Shown piece by piece: positions 23,281 through 36,363 of a stretch of 64,000 nt of DNA. Origin of the DNA: Felis catus (lineage: Eukaryota); the NCBI RefSeq assembly GCF_018350175.1, contig NC_058383.1, forward strand, positions 8,372,001 through 8,436,000. Direction: 5' to 3'. The notes under the pieces were generated by a model. The model was given only the letters and a program-made list of their open reading frames with translations. It searched no databases and was not told the DNA's origin. Position 1 is the stretch's first letter. The number at the start of each line of letters is the position of its first letter. The position numbers and the translations under genes were made by a program.

Positions 23281-23589
23281 TGTCCACTTTCTCACCTCGC
23301 TGCCTATCTCCTCCTATGCCACAACCATCCTGGCAGGCCCAGCTCTTAACAGATGGGGCACGGAGGGCCTTGGCCTTAGTTTTCCTTCTATACGGGCGTT
23401 CATAAAGGGAGAGTTTTTTGAAAGAGTCAAAACCAAAAGGTGCATCTTAATTAGGGAAGACGTGCAGGGAGGCCAGACTGAGCCCTGCTGGGCACCAGCC
23501 CTCCACTTTGTGAGAACAAATGCTTTTAACGCAGCCCCGTTGCCATGGTGATCACCGCATCTCAGCTTACTGAGGTGGCATTGCAAATC

Positions 23590-24540
23590 TGTGGGGAAAG
23601 AACAGATTATTCAATAAATGATGCCGGGACATTTGCTTAGCTATTCAGAAAGAAATAAAATTAGCTCCTTCCTTCACACCATACTCCAAGATGAATTCCA
23701 GAGGATTCAAAGAATTAAATGCAAAAGAGGAAATCATTAAAAACTAGAAGAAATTATAGACCACTATTTGATCTCTGGGTGAGGAAAGACCTTCTAACCA
23801 TAAAAGCAGCGGGGGAAAAAAATAACAAAGAAGAAGATAAAATTTAACGCGTGAAAACTTAAGTGTCTTAATGTTTTTAAAAAGCCGTTTAATTAAAATT
23901 GTTGGGGAACTATAAATAAGGATAACAGTTGCAACAGATGTGACAAAGGGTTAACGCGTCTAATATATAAAAAGCAATTACAAATCAATAAAATGAACAT
24001 TCCCATAGAAAAACAGTCAACACGAAATGTGCAACAGAAAATAAAAACGTAACAGAAGACATATTTTAAAATATTAAGCTTCACTAGTAATCAAAGAAAT
24101 GGCCATTAAAAACACTGATGAGACTTTCCCCTATCAGGTTATCAAAAATTGTTTTAAATCTTAACACCCAATCTTCTTGAGTAGAGTGAAATGGAGCATT
24201 TGAAATCATGAGGGTACAAATGTGAGAATAGACATTGGTGTAAAATTTCTAGGGAAAAACCGGCTTTATGCCGCCAAGTTTTAAAAATGTTCATACCGTT
24301 AACTTGGTACCCCCACTTCTAACACATTTTAAAAGGGTCAAGATTGAAGCTAAAATGTGAACATACAATATTTATTGTACGTGATTAACATAAATTTGTA
24401 ATTCACTTAACCTCTAGGGCATGGCTAAATAAATTACAGTACATAAATATGAAATATTGGGCAGCTATTAAATTAATATTTTGAAACATATTTAATGGCA
24501 TGAAAATATGTCTAAGATATAAGATTCAGTGGAACATAGC
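23590..24540 (+). mobile_element. Old L1 (L1ME-like) ORF2 end / 3' region
   Basis: tattcaataaatgatgccgggaca...ccttcacaccatactccaagatgaattccagaggattcaaaga; AT-rich. Confidence 0.75.
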
Positions 24541-24548
24541 ATATCATG

Positions 24549-24665
24549 CAGCACCTGGCTGGCTCAGTCAGTAGAGTGTGCAATTCTTGATCTTGGGGTC
24601 AAGAGTCTGAGCCCCACGTTGGGTGTAGAGGTTACTTTAAACTAAAATCTTTTTTGAAAAAAAAC
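24549..24665 (+). mobile_element. Short Can-SINE (SINEC_b-like)
   Basis: cacctggctggctcagtcagtagag...cttgatcttggggtc...gagccccacgttgggtgtagag. Confidence 0.85.
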
Positions 24666-25081
24666 AAAGGAGTGTATCAGTTGGAATTCTTAACCGCTGG
24701 CGTTCGGAACCCACTCCATCTGGCTAGGTAAGGCAGAGAAGGAAATCATTGGGAGAATCTGGAATCGCTCAGAATCAGCAGGTACATGGGAGTGGGGGCT
24801 GGACTGTGAAAATAACCAGGCAGCAAGACAGCCACAAACACAGCTCGAATCAGGAAGCTTCTGGTGAGGAAACTGCTCAGAGACCGCCTTGCACAGAATA
24901 CCACTTCCTGTGGCTGCCATGACTGTCCCTGCCGGTCTGATTGGTCAAGCCTCACCAGCAATGTGCCCAGGATATTGTTGTGTGTTCTATCGATGTCTGT
25001 TTGCTTACTAGTGTTCCTTTAATTCTTTGGACATAGTCCCCTTCAGGGTTTTTGCACATATTTATAATAGTGTATTTAAAA

Positions 25082-25317
25082 AATTAAAAAAAAATTTTTT
25101 TTAACGTTTATTTATTTTTGAGACAGAGAGAGAGAGACAGAGCATGAACGGGGGAGGGGCAGAGAGAGAGGGAGACACAGAATCAGAAGCAGGCTCCAGG
25201 CTCTGAGCCATCAGCCCAGAGCCTGACGCAGGGCTCGAACTCCCGGACCGTGACATTGCGAGATCGTGACCTGAGCTGAAGTCGGACGCTCAACCGACTG
25301 AGCCACCCAGGTGCCCC
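25082..25317 (-). mobile_element. Can-SINE inserted at the tail of an older Can-SINE
   Basis: TSD aatagtgtatttaaaa (25066-25081 / 25318-25333). Confidence 0.95.
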
Positions 25318-25333
25318 AATAGTGTATTTAAAA

Positions 25334-25534
25334 TTTTTTTAATGTTCATTTATTTTTGAGAGAGAGAAAGAGTGTGAGCAGGGGAGGGCAGAGAAGGACA
25401 CACAGAATCTGAAGCAGATTCCAGGCTCCGAGCTGTCTGCAGAGAGCCTGACGTGGGGCTCAAAACCACGAACTGTGAGATCGTGACCAGACCTGAAGTC
25501 GGACGCTCAACTAACGGAGCCACCCAGGTGCCCC
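25334..25534 (-). mobile_element. Can-SINE (older)
   Basis: Reverse head ...cacccaggtgcccc. Confidence 0.93.
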
Positions 25535-26529
25535 TTTAGTGGTGCATTTGAAGTCTTTGCCTAGGAAGTCCAGTGTTTGGGCTCCGTTGGGGACAGGTTT
25601 GTGTCATTAGGCCACACTTTCTTGTTTCTTTGCGTGGGTCATAAACTTTTGTTGAAAGTTGGGCATTTTAAAATAATATAATGTCACAAATCTGGAATTG
25701 GTTCTCCACTCCCCAAGGGTTTGTTGTTACTGTGATTTGTTCTTGCTGCTGCTGTTGGTTTTGTTAGTAACTTTCCCGGACTAATTCTGTAAAGTCTCTG
25801 TGCTCTGCTGTGTTTAGCCCCTGAAGTTTCTACTCAGCTAGCTTAGTGGTCAGCTACTGATTGGCTAGAGAGCCCCTTAAATCCCTTAAGCCAGTAAGTC
25901 TCTCAGCCCTTGTTGAGGGGCCCTATGTGGTGTTGGGGCAAGTTTTCAATGCTCTGGTGAGAAATTGACAACTGTGTCCTAACCTTCACTTCCTGCCTGC
26001 GCAGAGCCTCAAGGTCAGCCAGAGGTGAGACATTCAAGTTTTCACAGATCTTTCTCAGCTGTGTGCACAGCCATGCACAAGTACATGGCCTTCTAGAGTC
26101 CCAGGAACATATTGGAGCCTTTTAAAGCTCCCTATGCGCATCTCATTCTCCAGGTTTTATTTGACTTCTCTTTAACCCCAACGATATATCGCCACTTCAA
26201 GTGGCTACAGTGTGAAACAGTTGTAGCTGATTGTTTTTGACAAATGCTCTGGAGCTATTCCTGTTCACGCAGACCAATCTCTAAGGCAGGTCAAATAAAG
26301 ACAATCCCAAGAATGGAGTTTTTCAGGGAGTTGCCAGACAGGTCAAATGGTGACAACTCCCTGAGTATGGGCTTTTTTGGAGGCCCCAAACCTGTTCATT
26401 ATCTTCTAGTGGCTGTAGGGCTGCTAATTGTCCTGGCCACCACTGTTGTGAAGCTGTCATTTTTCAAGCCTACAGTGGAGCTGGGGAGAAGGACATGGAA
26501 ACAGGACAAGTTACAACTTCTCAAAGCTT

Positions 26530-26756
26530 GGGGCGCCTGGGTGGCTTAGTCGGTTAAGCCTCCAACTTCAGCTCAGGTCATGATCTCATGGTTCATGAGT
26601 TCAAGCCCCGTGTGGGGCTCTGAGCTGACAGCTCAGAGCCTGGAGCCTGCTTCAGATTCTATCTCCCTCTGTCTGCCCCTGCCCCGGTTGCATTCCGTCT
26701 CTCTCTCTCTCTCTCTTTCTCGCAAAAAGAAACAAACATTAAACATTTTTTTAAAA
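26530..26756 (+). mobile_element. Can-SINE
   Basis: Head ggggcgcctgggtggcttagtcgg, (CT)n tract and tail. Confidence 0.94.
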
Positions 26757-26989
26757 TAAGAATGAGCTGACCTTATTTAAAAAAGAATTCACAAAACTTG
26801 CTGTGCTCACTATGACTCAGCCATATTTAAAAAAAAATAAACACTCCCCACATTGTGGCAAGCCTTTGGTTAATTTCCAAAAATCATTAAAAAATTGATT
26901 CCGATCATTTTTGCCAACATGCTCATTGCTCTTACAAAGAAGTATGTTTTTGGAAGTCCTTACTCGGTCATTCTGGAAGTGCTTCGCCC

Positions 26990-27170
26990 CACCTGTTTGT
27001 GTACAGAAAATTTTATTGGAATCCAGCCATGCCCATTCATTTATATATTGTCTATAGCTGCTTTCACATTACAATTGAAGAGCTGAGTAGTTGCAACAGA
27101 AACCATATGGTCTGCAAAGTCTAAAATGAGTACTATCTGGCCTTTACAGAAAAAGTTTGCCAACCCCAAG
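26990..27170. mobile_element. MER58A-like hAT-Charlie DNA transposon
   Basis: ttttattggaatccagccatgcccattcattta...ctatctggcctttacagaaaaagtttgccaacccc. Confidence 0.8.
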
Positions 27171-28391
27171 AGCAAGGCAAGAAAATGATATAAAGATCAG
27201 AGGAAGTAAACTGCCACTACTCACGGATGAAATTATTTTGCATTTAGAAGTTTTAAGAATTGGTAAACAACTTGTTAGAATTAATAAGTGCTTAGCAAGA
27301 CAGGTGTACAGAACCCGACTGTAGGTCTTCTGGATTCAGTGAAGCTAGTGTAAGCCCACTCCACCCTACCTCTCCCACTGATTACAACTAAAATGCCTGG
27401 ACAGAACACATATCTGAGGACTGTGAAGACTAAATCAGAGAAAGTGGATTGGGCAGGGAAATCAAAGTTATTTTAATCTCCAACGTTCGTTGTTGGCTTT
27501 TTTCTGTTTTCTCCACAGTCCCACATTAAGCTCGAGTATAGCTCAAATTCTGGAACGGTGAAGAGGGCGGAAACAGAATAAGCTCTAAGAAAAACCCTGT
27601 CTTTCTGACCAGAGAAGCAAGAATGGGGTAGGACAGAGAACGTGGCAGGAGAACCCCCCCCTTTTTTTTTCACTTTTGACTGTCCCTGTCCTGAGGCAAG
27701 CCCCAGTCATGAGTCTACACTCATGGGGTGTCACCAGCCAATCCCACAAGCACTTAAAACTCTGAGGGAAAACATTGCTCTCTGGCTCCTGTCATTCAAA
27801 GAGGGTGAGGGATCCCCATGTTCTTCTCTTTTTTTTCTGTTGCCAGTATGGCCCCGTGATAGGAACCTGTTCCTGAGGGAGCCTAAAACACTTCTCCCAG
27901 AGATGACCCATTTTGTAAGGAGTGCCTGATAGCACAGAGAGACTAAAACACTGGCCTTCTTTCTTTTTTCCCTTTATTTATTTATTTTTAAAATTTATTC
28001 TCAAATTAGCTAACAGTGAAGTCTTGGCTTCAGGAGTAGGTTCCCATGATTCATCACTTACATCCAACGCCCAGTGCTCATCCCAACAAGTGCCCTCCTC
28101 AATGCCCATCACCCATTTCCGCCCCCCCCCAACCCTCCACCCCCATCAACCCTCAGTTTGTTCTCTGTATTTAAGAGTCTCTTATGGTTTGCCTCCCTCT
28201 CTGTTTTGATCTTATTTTTCCTTCCCTTCCCCTATGGTCATCTGTTAAGTTTCTCAAATTGCACATACGAGTGAAATCATCTGATATCTTTCTCTGACTG
28301 ACTTATTTCACCTGGCCTAATACCCTCCAGTTCCATCCACATTGTTGCAAATGTCAAGATTTCATTCTTTTTCATCACTGAGTAGTATTCC

Positions 28392-28392
<1 letters not shown>

Positions 28393-28462
<70 letters not shown>
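28393..28462. repeat. (TG)n(TA)n compound microsatellite within the L1
   Basis: Directly visible. Confidence 0.95.
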
Positions 28463-28466
<4 letters not shown>

Positions 28467-31400
28467 TCCCTCTTCCTTATCCATTCATCAGTTGATGGGC
28501 TTTTGGGCTCTTTCCATGATTTGGCTATTGTCCGTAGTGCTGCTATAAATATTGGGGTGCATGTGCCCCTTTGAATCAGCACTCCTATATCCTTTGGATG
28601 AATACCTAGTAGTGCTATTGCTGGGCCATAGGGTCATTCTATTTTTAATTTTTTGAGGAACCTCCACACTGTTTTCCAGAGCAGCTGCACCAGTTTGCAT
28701 TCCCACCAACAGTGCAAGAGGGTTCCCGTTTCTCCACATCCTCTCCAGCATCTATAGTCTCCTGATTTGTTCCTTTTAGCCACTCTGAGCAGCGTGAGGT
28801 GGTACCTCAGTGTGGTTTTGATTTGTATTTCCCTGATGATGAGTGATGTTGAGCATCTTTTCATGTGTCTGTTGGCCATCTGGGTGTCTTCTTTGGGAAA
28901 GTGTCTATTCATGTCTTCTGCCCATTTCTTCACTGGATTATTTGTTTCTAGGGTGTTGAGTTTGTTAAGTTCTTTATAGATTTTTTATACTTATCCTTTA
29001 TCCAATATGCCATTTGCAAATATCTTCTCCCATTCCATCGGTTGCTTTTTGGTTTTGCTGATTGTTTCCTTTGCTGTGCAGAAGATTTTTTATCTTGATA
29101 ATGTCCCAAGAGTTCATTTTTGCTTTTATTTCCCTTGCCTTTGGAGACATGTCAAGTAGGAAGTTGCCGCAGCTGAGGTCAAAGAGGTTGCTGCCTGTAG
29201 GATTTTTTGGTGGTCTCCTGTCCTAACAGGACATCCATTTTGAATTTATTTTTGTGTATGGTGTAAGAAAGTGGTCCGGGTTCATTCTTCTGCATGTTGC
29301 TGTCCAGCTCTCCCAGCACCATTTGCTAAAGAGACTGTCTTTATTCCATTGGTTACTCTTTCCTGCTTTGTTGAAGATTTAGCTGGCCATACGTTTGCGG
29401 GCCCATTTCTGGGTTCTGTATTCTATTCCATTGGTCTATGTGTCTGTCTTTGTGCCAATACCATACTGTCTTGATGATTACCGCTTTGTAATACAGGCTA
29501 GAGTCCAGGATTGTGATGCGCCCTGCTTTGGTTTTCTTCTTCAACATTCTTTTGGCTATTCGCGGTCTTTTGTGGTTCTGTACAAGTTTTAGGATTGTTT
29601 GTTCTAGCCCTGTGAAGAATGCTGGTGCTATTTTGATTGGCATTGCCTTGAATGTGTAGATTGCTTTGGGTAGTATTGGCATTTTAACAATATTTGCTTT
29701 TCGAATCCATGAGCACGGGATGTTTTTCCATTTCTTTGTGTCGTCTTCAATTTCTCCCATAAGCTTTCTATAGTTTTCAGCATACAGACCTTTTACCTCT
29801 TTGGTTAGGTTTATTCCTAGGTATTTTATGGTTTGTGGTGCAATGGTAAATGGGACTGATTCCTTGATGTCTCTTCCCGTTGCTTCATTATAGGTGTATA
29901 GAAATGCAACTGATTTCTGTACATTGGCTTTTTATGTCTTGTGTTGTTGCTGAATTCATGTATCAGCCCTAGCAGTTTTTTGCTGGAGTCTTTCAGGTTT
30001 TCCATGTCATCTGCAACAGTGAAAGTTTGACTTCTCCTTTGCCAATTTGGATGCCTTTTATTTCATTCTGGTGTCTGGTTGCTGACATCAGTCAGACATG
30101 GGACTTCCAACACTATGGTAAACAGCAGTGGTGGGAGTGGACATCCCTGTTGCCTGATCATGTTCCTGATCTCAGGGGGAAAGCTCTCAATTTTTCCCCA
30201 TTGAGGATGATATTAGCTGTGTGGGCCTTTGATATATGGCTTTTATGATGTTAAGATATGTTCCTTCTATCCCGACTTTCTTGAGGGTTTTTCATTAAGA
30301 AGGGATGTTGTATTCTGTCAAATCCTTTTTCTGCATCTATTGACAGGATCAAATGGTTCTTATCCTTTCTTCTATTAATGTGACGTGTCACGTGGATTGA
30401 TTTGTGAACATTGAACCAGCCCTGCAGCCCAGGAATGAATCCCACTTGATCATGGTGAATGATTCTTTTAATATACTGTTGAATTCTATCTGCTAGTATC
30501 TTACTGAGAGTTTTTGTATCCGTGTTCATCAGGGATGTTGGCCTGTAATTCTCCTTTCTAGTGGGGTCTCTGTCTGGTTTGGGAATCAAGGTAATGCTGG
30601 CGTAATAGAATGAGTCTGGAAGCTTTCCTTCCATTTATATTTTTTGGAACAGCTTGAGAAGAACAGGTATTAACTCTGCTTTAAATGTCTAATAGAATTC
30701 CATCTGGCCCAGAACTCTTACTTGCTGGGAGATTTTTGATAACTGATTCCATTTCTTTGCTGCTTATGGGTCTGTTCAAATTTCTTATTTCTTCCCGTTT
30801 GGGTTTTGGTAGTGTGTGAGTGCCTAGGAATTTGTCCTTTACTTCCAGGTTGTCCAGTTAGTTGGCATATAATTTTTCATGCATTCTCTAATAATTGTAT
30901 TTCTGTGCTGTTGGTTGTGATCTCTCCTCTTTCATTCATGATTTTATCTATTTGGGTCCTTTCTCTTTTCATTCTGAGAAGTCTGGCTAGGGGGTTATCA
31001 ATTTTGTTCATGGTTTTGAAAAACCCGCTCTTAAATTCATTGATCTGTTCTACTGGGTTTTTTTTTTTTTTTATTCTATATTGTTTATTTCTGCTCTAAT
31101 CTTTATCATTTCTCTTCCGCTAGCTTTGGGCTTTCTTTGCTGCTGCCTTTCTAGTTCCTTTAGGTGTGAGGTTAAGTTGTGTATTTGGGACCTTTCTTGC
31201 TTCTTGACATAGGCCTGATTTGCAATGTATTTCCCTCTTAGAACTGCTTTGCTGCAGTCCCAAAGGGTTTGGACTGTTGTGTTTTCATTTTCATTTGCTT
31301 CCCTATATTTTTAAATGTCTTCTTTGATTTCCTGGTTGACCCATTCACTCTTCAGGAGGATATTCTTTAACCTCCATGCATTTGGGAGCTTCCCAATTTT

Positions 31401-33514
31401 TTTCTTGTGGTTGATTTCAATATTCACAGCATTGTGATCTGAAAATATCCTGGTATGATCTCAATCCTTTTATACTTGTTGAGCGCTGTTTTGTGACCCA
31501 GTATGTGATCTGTTTTTGAGAATGTTCCATGTGCACTCGAGAAGAATATGTATTCTGCTGCTTTAGGGCGAAATATTCTGAATATGAGTCCATCTGGTCC
31601 AGTGTGTCATTCAAAGCCATTGTTTCCTTGTTGATTTTCTGCTTAGATGATCTGTCCATTGTTGTAAGTGGAGTATTAAAGTCCCCTTCAGTCAAGGTAT
31701 TATTATCTATACATTTATTTACGTTTGTGATTAATTGATTTATATATTTGGGGGTGTCATGTTGGGGACATAAACATTTTCAATGGTTAGGTCTTCTTGG
31801 TGGAGAGACCCCTTAATTATGACATAATGCCCTTCTTCATCTCTTGTTACAGTCTTTGTTTTAAACCTAGTTTGTCTGATATGAGTATGGCTACTCCAGC
31901 TTTCTTTTGATGTCTGGTAGCATCACTTTCAATCTGCAGGTCTCCTTAGTTCTAAAATGAGTCTCTTGTAGGCAGCGTGTAGACGGATCTCGTTTTTTTC
32001 ATCCATTCTGACTCCCTATGTCTTTTGATTGGGGTGGTTCATCCATTTACATTCAGAGTGATTATTGAAAGATTTAGTGTCACCGTGTTATCTGTAGGTT
32101 TCATGTTTGTGGTTGTCTCTGGTCCTTGTCGTCTTTGCTGCTTTCCACTCACAGAGTCCCTCTTAGGATCTCCTGCAGGGCTGGCTTAGTGGTCATAAAC
32201 TCCTTTAGGTTTTGTTTGTCTGGAAGAGACTTTATCTCTCCTTCTATTCTGAATGACAGCCTTGCTGGATAAAGGATTCTTGGCTGCAGATCTTTCCTAT
32301 TCGGCACATTGAATATTTCCTGCCACTCCCTTCTGGCTTGCCAAGTGTCAGTGGACAGGGGTGCTACTACCCTTATGTGTCTATCCTCGTTAGCTAAGGC
32401 CTGTGTGTCCCTCGCTGCTTTCAGAATTCTCTCTATCTTTGTACTTTGCCAGTTTCACTGTGATATGTCACGGTGTTGACCCGTTTTTGTCGATTTTGGA
32501 GGGAGTTCTCTGTGCCTGTGCCTCTTGGACTTGGATGCCTGTTTCCTTCCTCGGGTTAGGGAAGTTCTCAACTATAATTTGTTCAAGGAAACCTTCTGCC
32601 CCTTTCTCTCTCTCCTTCTTCTTCTGGAACTCCTCTAATATGGGTATTATTCCATTTCGCCGAATCACTTAGGTCTCTAGTTCTCCCCTCACAGTCTAGC
32701 AATTTCCTTTCCCTCGTTTTTTCAGCTTTATCATTTCCCACAATTTTATCTTTTCTTTCACCTCTTCTCTCCTCCGCTTCCTCCATTCTCGGTGCCACTG
32801 TACCTCGTTTAGTTTACATCTCACTTGTAGCATTTCTTCATTCATCGAGACCAGTTCTTAGGTCTTTGGCCTCTGCAGCAATAGATTCTCTGTTGTCTTT
32901 CTATGCTGTTTTCAAGCCTGGCTATTAGTCTCATGACTGTTCTTCCAAGTTCTGGCTCAGGTATATTGTTTACATCTGCTTTGAGCAATTCTCTGGCTGT
33001 CATTTCTTCCCGGATTTTCTTTTGAGGAGAGTTCTTCCGTCTCATCCTTTTAGCTCGGTTTCTGTCTTTTACGTGTTCTGATAGCTTGGTCTGTTCCTGC
33101 ACCTGCGAGTACTGCGATATTAAAATGGGGTCACACACTGTCCAGGGCCTGGCACTTCAGCAAGTGTTTTTGGAGGATGTCGTGTGCACTCTGTTGTTGC
33201 GTATTCGGCTGCTCTGTCCCACTGCTCAGCCCTTGGCAGAGCTTCTCCCTGCCCATAGTGGTGGATTGTTTGGGCCTTCTACCACGTGAGCTTTGATTTG
33301 TTCACTGAAGTAACCCTGGAAAACAGGAAATGCGAGCACCTGATCCCATACAAAGAGAAAAATGAGAGGGGAGGAAAAAAAGACCAAGCAGAGAATCAAA
33401 GAAACTGTAAAGCTTAATCCAGAGAGAGAGAAAGGAAAACAAAGAAGAAGGAGATATAGAAAAGGTGTAGAAAGAATAGAGTAAAAATGCCCGATTAAAC
33501 AAACAAAACAGAGA

Positions 33515-33529
33515 AATATATATATATAT

Positions 33530-33570
<41 letters not shown>
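33515..33570. repeat. (TA)n microsatellite
   Basis: Directly visible. Confidence 0.93.
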
Positions 33571-33573
<3 letters not shown>

Positions 33574-33694
33574 AATTGGCCAAAAATCAAATCAGAAACT
33601 ATGAGCCTGATTCCAAAGGAAAAAAAGAAGAGGGTAGAAAGAAAAAGAAGAGAAAAAAGAAGAAAAGAAAAGAGAAAGAAAGAGACTAACTTTC

Positions 33695-33917
33695 GGGGCA
33701 CCTGGGTGGCTCGGTCGGTTAAGCGTCTGACTTCGGCTCAGGTCACGATCTCACGGCCCGTCAGTTCGAGCCCCGCGTCGGGCTCTGTGCTGACAGCTCA
33801 GAGCCTGGAGCCTGTTTCCGATTCTGTGTCCCCCTCTCTCTCTGTCCCTCCCCCGTTCATGCTCTGTCTCTCTCTGTCTCAAAAATAAATACACGTTAAA
33901 AAAAAAAAAAAAAAAAA
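33695..33917 (+). mobile_element. Can-SINE inside the L1
   Basis: Head, (CT)n tract and long poly-A; TSD core agagactaac. Confidence 0.95.
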
Positions 33918-34289
33918 GAGAGAGACTAACATCCAAAACTACAGGACAGTTGTCTGTTGGTGCCTGGGACCGGTGTCTGGAGGAGAAACTGTCTTCTTCG
34001 GTCAGTGTCGGTCCCACTCTGGTAGATAAACAGTTACCAGCCACAGAGGGGCGGGGTTTGGTTTAAGCGGGTCCTGCTTCCACTGAGGGCCGCTGTCCTG
34101 TTCCCTGAAGCCCCGCCATATGGGTGATTGGGAGAAAAATGGCGACACCCCAATGGCTCCTCCCTAGACCAGGTGTCTCAAAACCAGGCTGTTCAGGCGG
34201 CCCTCACAGAGTAGCGGGGGCAGCTGGCTTGTCCTGCTCCGGTGTTCCGCGCCTTCTGAGGTGCTCGACTGGGATTCAAAACCTGGTGT

Positions 34290-34496
34290 CTTTTTTTTTT
34301 TTTTTAATGTTTATTAATTTTTGACAGAGAGAGGGAGAGCACAAACAGGGGAGGGACAGAGAGGGGGACAGGAGATCCAAAGCGGGCTATGCGCTGAGAG
34401 CAGCAAGCCCGATGTGGGGCTTGAACTCACGAACTGGAAGATCATGACCTGAGCTGAAGTCCAACACTCAACTGACTGAGCCACCCAGGTGCCCCC
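34290..34496 (-). mobile_element. Can-SINE inside the L1 5' region
   Basis: Reverse head ...ccacccaggtgcccc and T tail. Confidence 0.93.
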
Positions 34497-34761
34497 AGAA
34501 CCCGATGTCTTAAGAGCCCCGCACCTCACAGTTTCTGTCTGGAAGAGTGCCACTCCACCCAGCCGACAAAGGGCCTCTGGCTGGTGCTGGCAGGTCTTTT
34601 GTCCTTGGGGGGGTGGGGTGGGCAATAAACCCCAGTACTCAAGAAAGGGGGCTGTTCTCTCCCAGCACTCCCCCGAGACTGCTACCGCGCCCTGGGGTCG
34701 GCCTCCCTACCCCCGAGCTGTGCACGGCCAGGCTCCTGTCCGGAGAAAGCCTCGCACTTTT

Positions 34762-34985
34762 TTTTTTTTTTTTAATTTTTTTTCAACGTTTATTTATTTT
34801 TGGGACAGAGAGAGACAGAGCATGAACGGGGGAGGGGCAGAGAGAGAGGGAGACACAGAATCGGAAACAGGCTCCAGGCTCCGAGCCATCAGCCCAGAGC
34901 CTGACGCGGGGCTCGAACTCCCAGACCGCGAGATCGTGACCTGGCTGAAGTCGGACGCTTAACCGACTGCGCCACCCAGGCGCCC
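34762..34985 (-). mobile_element. Can-SINE, young SINEC_Fc type
   Basis: Perfect 14-bp TSD agcctcgcactttt (34748-34761 / 34986-34999); nearly identical to the 543-765 copy. Confidence 0.97.
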
Positions 34986-35569
34986 AGCCTCGCACTTTTG
35001 AAAACTGCAATCTTCAGCCCCTGAAGCTGTTTGCAAAGAGGGACCGGCAGTCTCCGCATTTCTCGTTCCCCAGTCCCGGGTCCGGAGAGGTTTTCCCCTT
35101 GTCCTAGCACAGTGCTGCAGTTCCACGGCCTCTCTTTCTCTCCCTTCAGTCTCTCCACAGAAGGGGTTCCCTCCCCTCCGTGCCTACGTTGTTCTATCTC
35201 CCCCAGTTCGCATCCACGAGCCTCTGTCCTGCCCGGCTGTCTCCCTCCACCAGTGGTGATCTCTCTGTCACTCTGCAGATCTGATTTCCTGGGTGTCCCT
35301 AGCCTTCTGACCCCAGTACAGCCGTGCTTGAGGGACGAGGGAAATCCCAGTCCCCCTACTTCGCCATCTTACCTCCTCCCCAAACCCTGACTTTCTAGGG
35401 AGAGAACCAGGAAAAGGGGGTCTTGGAGGTTTGGAGAGTGTAAGGGAAGTCATGGAGAGGACAGAGTGGGGAAAAAGGATTCTTTAAATGTGTGCACAAA
35501 GTCCCAAGGCCTGAGTTGTGCGTGCGTGGAACTAACATGAAACAGCCTGGCAAAGGCTTTGAGAACTGA

Positions 35570-35785
35570 GATCAGACAACTTTCTCCGTAAAGGGCCAGA
35601 GAGTCAATATTTTAGGCTTTGTGAGTAACATATGTTCTCTGCTACATAGTCCGTCCTTCCTTCCTTCCTTCCTTCCTCCCTCTCTCTCCTACAAATATAA
35701 AAACCAGTTTTATCTCATAGGCTATTCCAGAAACAAACCACAAACTGGATTTGATTTGTGGGGTGTAGTAGGCCAAGCCCTAGTG
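35570..35785. mobile_element. MER58C-like DNA transposon
   Basis: aactttctccgtaaagggccagagagtcaatattttaggctttgtg...ggatttgatttgtggggtgtagt. Confidence 0.7.
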
Positions 35786-35882
35786 TAGACCACTACCGAG
35801 GTCCCAAACTGGCCCCTGGGCAATGCACACGTACCGTGGACCAAGCCAGCATGGCAAAGGTTTTTTTCAAATGGAATTTTCT

Positions 35883-36107
35883 GGGGCACCTGGGTGGCTC
35901 AGTCGGTTAAGTGTCCGACTTCGGCTCAGGTCATGATCTTGTGGTTCACGAGTTCGAGCCCCGCATCGGGCTCTGTGCTGACGGCTCAGAGCCCGGAGCC
36001 TGCTTCCGATTCTGTGTCTCCCTCTCTCTCTGCCCCTCCCCCCATTCATGCTCTGTCTCTGTCTCAAAAATAAATAAACGTTAAAAAAAATTAAAAAAAA
36101 AACCAAA
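35883..36107 (+). mobile_element. Can-SINE
   Basis: Perfect 15-bp TSD caaatggaattttct (35868-35882 / 36108-36122). Confidence 0.96.
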
Positions 36108-36363
36108 CAAATGGAATTTTCTTTGGAATCATAGCTCAATGGAGGAGGATCCCAACTTGGGGTCTGAACCTAGCCACGATGATTTCCTTCTTAAAAAAAA
36201 AAAAAGAAAAGAAAAGAAAAATCAACATTTATCACAAGATTTTAACAGGACCTAGAGTTTCCTAACATAACGCTCAGAATTCCAGGACAAAATCCAAACT
36301 TACTCCACATGAGAAGAACCAGGAACATGTTAATAACTCTTAAGGGAAATGCTAATCATTTGC

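Larger units (their letters stand above)
24960..26980 (-). mobile_element. Old L1 (L1M-type) 5'/ORF1-region fragment interrupted by SINEs
   Basis: ttgaagtctttgcctaggaagtccagtgtttggg...ttcttgtttctttgcgtgggtcata...ttgaaagttgggcatttta. Confidence 0.65.
27961..35381 (-). mobile_element. Essentially full-length decayed carnivore LINE-1 (5'UTR, ORF1, ORF2, 3'UTR) carrying three Can-SINE insertions
   Basis: Minus-strand ORF fragments: ORF2 endonuclease (EGDFNTPLTTMDRSSKQKINKET), RT region (LIPKPDRD...[18 protein letters not shown]), C-terminal ([36 protein letters not shown]) and ORF1 (EQIIVENFPN...IQVQEAQ). The 5' end has a YY1-type AAGATGGCG (35362-35370). Degenerate TSD aaacactggccttct / aaaccctgactttct. 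Multiple frameshifts and stops. Confidence 0.93.

Noticed and set aside
28277..33138. Reverse transcriptase, endonuclease and ORF1-like ORFs as an active or novel retroelement
   Set aside because: They are ordinary LINE-1 fragments broken by frameshifts and stops.
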